From NCBI GenBank assembly GCA_964486095.1, contig CAZAMX010000001.1, positions 3,391 through 67,390 of the forward strand: a stretch of DNA of 64,000 nucleotides, written 5' to 3'. The first letter of the stretch is position 1. Each line of letters begins with the position of its first letter. Both the position numbers and the translations under genes were made by a program. Positions 57,495 to 64,000 of this stretch are shown in pieces. The notes below the pieces were generated by a model. The model saw only the letters and a program-made list of their open reading frames with translations, ran no database searches and was not told the DNA's origin. This DNA comes from an uncultured Acetatifactor sp. Its GTDB lineage: Bacteria > Bacillota > Clostridia > Lachnospirales > Lachnospiraceae.

Positions 57495-60304
57495 TGTTGC
57501 AGAAGCTGCGGCATAAGAAATGGATGAATCTGTGCCTGCTTTTAGGAAGCGTGCTGCTGATCGCCACGGTTGTCAGCTTTCCTCTTTACGAGACCGCAGC
57601 CTATGACAGGATGCTGCAGGATGAATTTAAGAATTATATTGCCTCCGAGGGAAAATGGCCTGCCATGAACAGCCTGACGGTGGTCTCCAAAAAGGACCGG
57701 GGTGGAAATACCGTAGCCCGGATGGAAGAGCTGATGGAGAATATTTACAGCGATCTGAACGTGACAAAAAAGCAGACGGTAGCTTATTATGTCATGGCGC
57801 CCCTGAATATTCACTCCAACATGAACCGGGGGGAGCTGGCGAATGCCAGCATGAGGCTGGGGGCGCTTTCCGATCTGCGGGCACATGCGGAAATACTCAG
57901 CGGAGAGAATCTTTCGGAGAGCGGGCTGACAGAGGACGGATGTATTGAGGTGCTGGTAAGCCAGTCCGCCATGGTCAATATGAAGCTTTTGGTGGGGGAG
58001 ACGCTGATCTTCAACGACGTCAAGGATCCGGAAGGCAATGAGATGCGGCTGTATGTGAAGGGGGTTTTTGACGCCGGCAGCAACGTCGATTTTTACTGGC
58101 AGGTGGATCCGGAAAGCTTAAATAATGTGGCACTGATGGACATGGAGCTGTTTCGTTCCATGTTTACCGGGGAAAACGCCAGAAAATATTCTTATACATG
58201 CTACTATTTTCCCATGTTTGAATATGAAAATATCCGGGCGGATCAGGTGAAGGACCTTGTGGCGGCCACCGATTACCTGACGGAGAAGGGGCCCTTTAAG
58301 GGAACCACGGAAAGGCCGGCCTACCGTGACATTCTGGAAAGCTACAGCGGAAAGCAGGAGCGTATTCGGGCTACGCTGATGATCCTGCAGGTGCCCGTGC
58401 TGATTATGCTGGGGGCGTTCCTTTTCATGATTTCCGGCCAGATGTATGAAATGGAACGGAACGAAATTTCCGTTATAAAGAGCCGGGGCAGCTCCGGCGG
58501 ACAGATATTCAGGCTGTATCTGTATCAGTGTATGCTCCTGACCCTGACGGGAGGCGCGCTCGGCATTCCTCTGGGAACGGTTTTCAGCCGGATTCTGGGC
58601 TCTGCCAGGAGCTTTCTGGAGTTTGACGGTCTTAGCGATCTGGTCCTGACATTTAACGACCGGGTATGGATATATGCAGGCGCTGCCATGCTGACGACTC
58701 TTCTCATCATGACCCTTCCTGCTGTCAGGCACAGCCGGGTTACCATTGTGAAGCTGAAGCAGCAGAAGGCCTTGAAGAAGAAAAGCTGGTGGGAAAAGAT
58801 CTTTTTGGATGTGATTCTTCTAGGTATCTCCCTGTACGGCTATTACAGCTTTCACAAGGATTCCGCCAGCCTGGGGGAGAGTGTCCTGGAGGGGAAATCT
58901 CTGGATCCTTTGCTTTACGTAAGCTCATCCCTGTTTATTGTCAGTCTGGGAATGTTGTTTTTAAGGCTGCAGCCTTATCTTGTCCAGCTGGTTTATATCA
59001 TTGGCAAACGTTTCTGGCGGCCAGCCAGCTACGCATCCTTTATGGAAAACGCAAAGAACGGGAGAAAGCAGCAGTTTATTATGCTGTTTTTGATCATCAC
59101 GATCTCTCTGGGGATGTATCATGCCACCGTGGCCCGCACCATTCTGCAGAATGCCTGGAATAACGAGGAATATATGAACGGGGCCGATATTGTGGTCCAG
59201 GAGGTCTGGAGAGCCGTGACCGACAGAAACGGCGCGTATACCGGTGAATATTCGGAGCCAAATTATGAAAAGTACGCCTCCATGGATTTTGCCGAGGGCT
59301 ATACCAGAGTGCAGGTCAATTCCGATGCCTGGGTGGACATTGCGGGGGACGGCAGGCAGAACGCAACATTGATGGGAATACACACCAAGGAATTCGGTAA
59401 AATTACCTGGGTGGATTATGACCTGAACAACAGGCATTATTATGAGTACTTAAACGATCTTGCCCAGGACTCCGAAGGAGTCCTGGTATCGGAGAATTTC
59501 CGCACCAAGCTGGGTTATGAGATCGGCGATCAGATTACTTACGGCGTCGGAGAAGGCGGCGGGAAAAATTCTACCGAAAAGACGCTTACGGGCAAGATCG
59601 TGGGATTTTTCAATTATTGGCCGGGGTATGCTCCGGTAATCACGAGGGTAAATCCCGACGGAACCGCTGTTACCGGCGAGAATTTTCTGGTGGTGGCTCA
59701 TTTCGGGAAGCTGCGGCAGAAGCTGGGGGTAAAACCCTATCAGGTGTGGATCGGTTTAAAGGAGGACTGTGATCCGGCGGATGCTTACGCATGGTTTCAG
59801 TCAAATGGTATCCGTCTTACCAAGTATGTGAACAAGGATGCGGAGCTTAAAAACACGCTGGAGGATCCGTTGCTGCAGGGCACCAACGGTGTCCTTACCA
59901 TGGGCTTTCTTGTTACCCTTCTGCTCTGTGCCGTGGGCTATATGATCTATTGGATTATGTCCATACGTTCCAGGGAGATGATTTTCGGAGTGCTGCGGGC
60001 CTGCGGTATGCACAAGGGAGAGCTGATTCACATGCTCTTAAACGAGCAGATTTTTTCGGGCGTATTGTCTGTATTTGCCGGCATCGGCATCGGCAAGCTG
60101 GCCTCGATTATGTTTGTGCCCATATTACAGCAGGCATACGCTGCAGCAGATCAGGTGCTGCCCATGCGTCTGGTGGTCAATGCGTCGGATATGAACAGAC
60201 TTTACGGCGTAATAGCAGGCGTGATGATTTTCTGTCTGTCGGTACTGATTCTGCTGATATTTAAGTTGAACGTGACGAAAGCGTTGAAGTTAGGGGAAGA
60301 ATAA
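57482..60304 (+). CDS. FtsX/MacB-like ABC permease (two FtsX units)
   Basis: TM + large extracellular domain twice; ERNEISVIKSRG and REMIFGVLRACGM motifs. Confidence 0.88.
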   Translation: MYRIMLQKLRHKKWMNLCLLLGSVLLIATVVSFPLYETAAYDRMLQDEFKNYIASEGKWPAMNSLTVVSKKDRGGNTVARMEELMENIYSDLNVTKKQTVAYYVMAPLNIHSNMNRGELANASMRLGALSDLRAHAEILSGENLSESGLTEDGCIEVLVSQSAMVNMKLLVGETLIFNDVKDPEGNEMRLYVKGVFDAGSNVDFYWQVDPESLNNVALMDMELFRSMFTGENARKYSYTCYYFPMFEYENIRADQVKDLVAATDYLTEKGPFKGTTERPAYRDILESYSGKQERIRATLMILQVPVLIMLGAFLFMISGQMYEMERNEISVIKSRGSSGGQIFRLYLYQCMLLTLTGGALGIPLGTVFSRILGSARSFLEFDGLSDLVLTFNDRVWIYAGAAMLTTLLIMTLPAVRHSRVTIVKLKQQKALKKKSWWEKIFLDVILLGISLYGYYSFHKDSASLGESVLEGKSLDPLLYVSSSLFIVSLGMLFLRLQPYLVQLVYIIGKRFWRPASYASFMENAKNGRKQQFIMLFLIITISLGMYHATVARTILQNAWNNEEYMNGADIVVQEVWRAVTDRNGAYTGEYSEPNYEKYASMDFAEGYTRVQVNSDAWVDIAGDGRQNATLMGIHTKEFGKITWVDYDLNNRHYYEYLNDLAQDSEGVLVSENFRTKLGYEIGDQITYGVGEGGGKNSTEKTLTGKIVGFFNYWPGYAPVITRVNPDGTAVTGENFLVVAHFGKLRQKLGVKPYQVWIGLKEDCDPADAYAWFQSNGIRLTKYVNKDAELKNTLEDPLLQGTNGVLTMGFLVTLLLCAVGYMIYWIMSIRSREMIFGVLRACGMHKGELIHMLLNEQIFSGVLSVFAGIGIGKLASIMFVPILQQAYAAADQVLPMRLVVNASDMNRLYGVIAGVMIFCLSVLILLIFKLNVTKALKLGEE

Positions 60305-61008
60305 TGGCGAATGACTGTTTGATTGAAGTGAGCGGGGTAAACCGTATCTTCAGCGTTCCCGGAGGCGAGTTTCAGGCGTTGAAGGATATAAACGTAAAAG
60401 TTATGAGAAATACTCTCACGATTTTAAAGGGCCGTTCCGGCTCCGGCAAGACCACCTTGATGAATATTATCGGGGCGCTGGATGCTCCCAGCAGCGGCAC
60501 TGTCATGATTGACGGCAGGGCGCTGGGGAAAATGTCCGACAGAGAACGGGAAAAGCTCAGAAGGAAAAACATGGGATTTGTGTTTCAGGCAGTATCCCTG
60601 ATCCCCACTATGAACGCTTTTCAAAATGTGGAATTTTCCATGCGGCTGGCAGGGATCAAGGCGGGCCGGGAAAGGGATAAGCGGGTGGAGGACTGTCTGA
60701 AAATGGTGGGGCTGGGCAATCGTGCCCGCCATATGCCTGCGGAAATGTCCGGCGGTGAACAGCAGAGGGTGGCCATTGCCCGCGCTATTGCCCACCATCC
60801 CAGGCTGATCCTGGCGGATGAACCCACGGCGGAGCTGGACAGCGCCATGGCGGCTCAGGTGACAAAGCTGTTTCAGGAGATGACCCGGAAGGAAGGGATT
60901 ACCATTTTGATGACCACCCATGACGTAGGCTTGATGGGGGCGGGAGATATGATCATAGAGCTGGAGTCAGGTGCGCAGGTGCGTGACGGGGAAGAGACGC
61001 AGAATTGA
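60304..61008 (+). CDS. ABC ATP-binding protein (LolD/MacB-like)
   Basis: [38 protein letters not shown]. Confidence 0.93.
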   Translation: MANDCLIEVSGVNRIFSVPGGEFQALKDINVKVMRNTLTILKGRSGSGKTTLMNIIGALDAPSSGTVMIDGRALGKMSDREREKLRRKNMGFVFQAVSLIPTMNAFQNVEFSMRLAGIKAGRERDKRVEDCLKMVGLGNRARHMPAEMSGGEQQRVAIARAIAHHPRLILADEPTAELDSAMAAQVTKLFQEMTRKEGITILMTTHDVGLMGAGDMIIELESGAQVRDGEETQN

Positions 61009-61048
61009 TTTCCGTGATGTTCGGACCAACGCAGGAAGGAGGCGGGAA

Positions 61049-61933
61049 ATGCCGGAGACAATGATACAGGCCGACAGCCTGGTGAAAATCTATAAAACGA
61101 AGCAGACGGAGGTATTGGCGCTTCAGGGGCTGGACCTGACGGTGGAGGCGGGAGAGCTTACGGCCATCATCGGCAACAGCGGAAGCGGAAAGTCCACCTT
61201 TCTGAATATGATCGGCGGGCTGGACCGTCCCAGCGCCGGCTCCCTCAATGTGGCCGGAAGTAACCTGTTTACCATGACGGAGAAGCAGTTGGTGCTGTAT
61301 AAGCGCAATACCGTGGGGTTTGTCTGGCAGAACAACGGGCGCAACCTTGTGCCTTATCTGACGGTGCTGGAGAATATTATGCTGCCCATGAGTCTGTCCG
61401 GCAGCCGCAAGAAAAAAAGCAGGGCGCTGGAGCTGCTGGAGCTGGTGGGGATGAGCGCCAAGAAGAAAAGTCGCATGAATATGCTTTCCGGCGGTGAGCA
61501 GCAGAGGATAGCCATTGCCATTGCGCTGGCCAATTCTCCCAAGCTTCTGCTTGCGGATGAGCCTACGGGAAGTGTGGACACAAAGACGGCCAATTACATC
61601 TTTGATGTGTTTTCCGAGTTAAACAGGAGTGGACAGACAATTCTTATCGTTACCCATGACGTGGCGCTGTCGAAGAAGGTTCGGAGAGTGGTAGCGATCA
61701 GGGACGGTAAGATCAGCAGTGAAAGGGTGTTGAAGGAGGCTTATGCCGACAGGCTTCAGGAAAGCTCCATTGACTGGCGGCAGGAGGATACCCAGGACGA
61801 GTATGCTATTTTAGACCGGGCGGGCCGCCTGCAGATACCCGCAGAGTTCTTACAGAGTCTGCAGCTGAAGGATAATAAGGTCAGCATCGGCCTGCATGAC
61901 GGCAAGGTGGTAATCTCCAATCCGGAGTCATAG
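61049..61933 (+). CDS. ABC ATP-binding protein (LolD-like) with C-terminal AbrB/SpoVT-like extension
   Basis: GNSGSGKST, LSGGEQQR, LADEPTG, VTHD; tail LDRAGRLQIP..F...L.L..KV.I. Confidence 0.9.
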   Translation: MPETMIQADSLVKIYKTKQTEVLALQGLDLTVEAGELTAIIGNSGSGKSTFLNMIGGLDRPSAGSLNVAGSNLFTMTEKQLVLYKRNTVGFVWQNNGRNLVPYLTVLENIMLPMSLSGSRKKKSRALELLELVGMSAKKKSRMNMLSGGEQQRIAIAIALANSPKLLLADEPTGSVDTKTANYIFDVFSELNRSGQTILIVTHDVALSKKVRRVVAIRDGKISSERVLKEAYADRLQESSIDWRQEDTQDEYAILDRAGRLQIPAEFLQSLQLKDNKVSIGLHDGKVVISNPES

Positions 61934-62872
61934 CAGGTGCGAATTGTTTTTTTCTCTGTATTCGCTGGGACTGCAGCCCTTTGACTGCTTAAACAGGCGG
62001 TTGAAGGTGGAAATGCTGGGGAAGCCGGCCTTCATGGCCACCTCTGTGATTGACATGCCGGACTGCTCCAAAAGCTCTTCCGCCACCTTAATGCGGCGGT
62101 AACAGATATAGGCGCAGAAGGTATAATTTGTGTACTGCTTGAACAGTCTGGAAAAATGATATTTGCTGAAGCCTACGGAGCTGGCAATATCGTCCAGCTT
62201 CAGCTCATCCATATAATGAGAGTCAATATAGTCCATGACCGAGTTGAATTTGTCCGCATATTCCCGCTGCTTATGGGCACGGATATTGGAGAAGAGCAGG
62301 ATGCCGTCCAAATGGTTCCTGCCGATCTTGACGAAAAAGTTCAGCAGGAGGGAATAGATGGTAAGCGCCGCAAATTCATTTTGGATAAAATATTCTTCCC
62401 GTATCTGAGTCAACAAACCGTACACCTCATCATAAATCTGCGGGTAGACGCTCCGGGTCAGGTGTATGGGCCGGGACAGAATGGACTGAATGCCGGCAAA
62501 ACCATGAAGCCGGGAAAAAACGGATAGATCAAACAGAAAGATGAAGCGGCTGCCGGTTTTCGGCGCAATTAAAGTATGAAGTTCTCCGGGAGGGATAATC
62601 ATGATGTCGCCGGGAACGGTATGATAGGTGGTCTCCCCGATTTTAATGTCATACCAGTTGTCCACAGGGGCGACGATCTCAAGGGCGGAATGCCAGTGAG
62701 GCGCAAAACCCACATTCAAATCGTTATACCAGATCCGGATGGCCGTGTCCAGACGATAAGAAACAAGCTCCTGCCCGCTGTCCATGAGGACGCGGGCCTG
62801 GGCGGTGTCTGAGTTTGCATTATAGTATCTCTCTCGTTCCCGCAGGAAATCTGAGTTTGTCTTCGACGCCAT
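61928..62872 (-). CDS. AraC family transcriptional regulator with cupin sensor
   Basis: PHWH..LEI, PGD..IIPPGELH; YID.HY..L.LDDIA..GFSKYHFSRLFK, GF.SISTFNRLFK...CSPSEYR; GAGGTG RBS. Confidence 0.94.
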   Translation of the reverse strand: MASKTNSDFLRERERYYNANSDTAQARVLMDSGQELVSYRLDTAIRIWYNDLNVGFAPHWHSALEIVAPVDNWYDIKIGETTYHTVPGDIMIIPPGELHTLIAPKTGSRFIFLFDLSVFSRLHGFAGIQSILSRPIHLTRSVYPQIYDEVYGLLTQIREEYFIQNEFAALTIYSLLLNFFVKIGRNHLDGILLFSNIRAHKQREYADKFNSVMDYIDSHYMDELKLDDIASSVGFSKYHFSRLFKQYTNYTFCAYICYRRIKVAEELLEQSGMSITEVAMKAGFPSISTFNRLFKQSKGCSPSEYREKNNSHLL

Positions 62873-62883
62873 TTGGTCACCTC

Positions 62884-63088
62884 TAAAAATCTGCTTATGT
62901 GCAAGCACAACGCATCTTCTTATCAGCCTTTTTGCACAGATCATTAAGTCTCATTCGCAGTGCATGCTCGAAAAACCTTCGGTTTTCCTCACTCACGGGC
63001 ATTCGCCCTATGAAAAAAGTCAGATAAAAATCTGCTTATGTGCAAGCACAACGCATCTTCTTATCAGCCTTTTTTCGCACTGCTCATT
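62884..63088. repeat. 50-bp perfect (about 60-bp imperfect) direct repeat flanking a ~80-bp hairpin element
   Basis: TAAAAATCTGCTTATGTGCAAGCACAACGCATCTTCTTATCAGCCTTTTT at 62884-62933 and 63025-63074; spacer holds AAAACC-TTC-GGTTTT and GGGC-ATTC-GCCC. Confidence 0.85.
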
Positions 63089-63100
63089 GCTTTTATGGAC

Positions 63101-63129
63101 ATTATACCATTTGTGGGCGGAAATGTAAA
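63101..63129 (-). promoter_or_regulatory. sigmaA promoter for AraC gene
   Basis: Minus strand TTTACA-N17-TATAAT with TG extension. Confidence 0.65.
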
Positions 63130-63139
63130 TTCTAAAATG

Positions 63140-63202
63140 AGCAACAAATGAGAAGCGGACAGCAATAAATACAGGGTATTCTTGCAGGAAATTCGATATG
63201 AT
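63140..63202 (+). promoter_or_regulatory. Putative AraC-activated promoter of the GH10 gene
   Basis: AGCAA 63140 and 63161 (21 bp apart), TATGAT at 63197. Confidence 0.62.
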
Positions 63203-63286
63203 TTTATTATCATCAGTGGGTCTGTAGCCGCGCGCTGTCCGGCACAAACTCATTTACACGGCAGGCAGCGCAGAAATGGGGGAAAT

Positions 63287-64000
63287 ATGCTTAAAAGGGT
63301 TATGTGTACGGCGTTGTCATTTCTACTGGCGGTATCGCTGCTGTCCGGCTGCGGTACGCCTGCCGGCGAAGAACCGGAAGGAGGCAGCACAATGTCGGAT
63401 GATTCCTCCGACATGGCGGATACTTCCTCCGGCATGCCGGAAGGGTCAGATCAGGATGTGTCTGACGAGGCAGCGGAGAGTGCGGACGAAGGGGCTTCAG
63501 ACAAGGCACCGGAGGCGGCAGACGATCAGCCTCCTATTTTAAAGGACGCAGTAATGGATATTATGGGCTGCCGCATAGGCTGTGCGGCCACGGAAGGAGA
63601 ACTGAATGACGAAAAGGTGTGGGAGATTATTACCACTCACTTTAATGCCATCACCTTTGGAAATGAGTTAAAACCCGATGCTATGGTGGGCTACAGCGTG
63701 GGAAAATGTCCCGGTACGGAAGAGGCGGACTTAAACGGCGAGACCATCGTGGTGCCCAAGCTGGACTATTCCCGGGCGGAGCGGATGCTGGATAAGATTT
63801 ATGACTGGAATGAAGCCCATCCCGATGATAAAATCATGGTCAAGGGACATGTACTGGTATGGCATGCGCAGACGCCGGAATGGTTTTTCCATGTGGATTA
63901 TGACAAGAATAAGGATTATGTGGACAAAGAGACCATGAACAAACGTCTGGAATGGTATATCCGCACCATGCTGACCCATTTTACCGGGGAAGAGAGTAAA
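63287..64000 (+). CDS. GH10 endo-1,4-beta-xylanase lipoprotein (3'-truncated by window; absent from ORF track)
   Basis: Manual translation: MLKRVMCTALSFLLAVSLLSGC lipobox, acidic linker, HFNAITFGNELKPDA, KGHVLVWHAQTPEWFF. Confidence 0.9.
   Translation, partial: MLKRVMCTALSFLLAVSLLSGCGTPAGEEPEGGSTMSDDSSDMADTSSGMPEGSDQDVSDEAAESADEGASDKAPEAADDQPPILKDAVMDIMGCRIGCAATEGELNDEKVWEIITTHFNAITFGNELKPDAMVGYSVGKCPGTEEADLNGETIVVPKLDYSRAERMLDKIYDWNEAHPDDKIMVKGHVLVWHAQTPEWFFHVDYDKNKDYVDKETMNKRLEWYIRTMLTHFTGEESK

Noticed and set aside
63020-63253. 77-aa minus-strand ORF sharing KRLIRRCVVLAHKQIF with the extended AraC ORF
   Set aside because: The identity arises from the non-coding direct repeat; the true AraC start is 62872 with a GAGGTG RBS.

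Overview
64-kb window from a Bacillota (Lachnospiraceae-like, judged from gene content and repeat style) chromosome dominated by glucurono-arabinoxylan use. Left block (2.2-23.1 kb): CE1-type esterase, GH127/146, uxuA/uxuB, SGNH esterase, GH115, two GH43, an MCP, GH39, GH8 (Rex-type) and GH3; none of the enzymes shows a signal peptide. Middle block (23-38 kb): Lhr helicase, Rpn nuclease, FlxA-like protein, two HD proteins, an AraC-GGDEF fusion, DUF6033-like protein, carD, Thr T-box + small ORF + thrS, DUF1540. Right block (38-64 kb): an AraC regulator, then a 9-gene uptake operon (giant SBP, 4 permeases, NHL protein, Yip1, DUF5696-like protein, lipoprotein SBP; no ATPase). This is followed by a pair of peptidase-U32-like Cys-rich paralogs, a MacAB-like exporter operon, a second AraC regulator and a lipoprotein GH10 xylanase cut by the window end. 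Main novel signal: a shared promoter architecture (AGCAA 36 and ~57 bp upstream of the -10 box) links the xylan enzymes, the GH10 and the MacAB-like exporter, suggesting an undescribed envelope import/export machine in a xylan regulon. All family calls come from motif recognition by eye, not from database searches.
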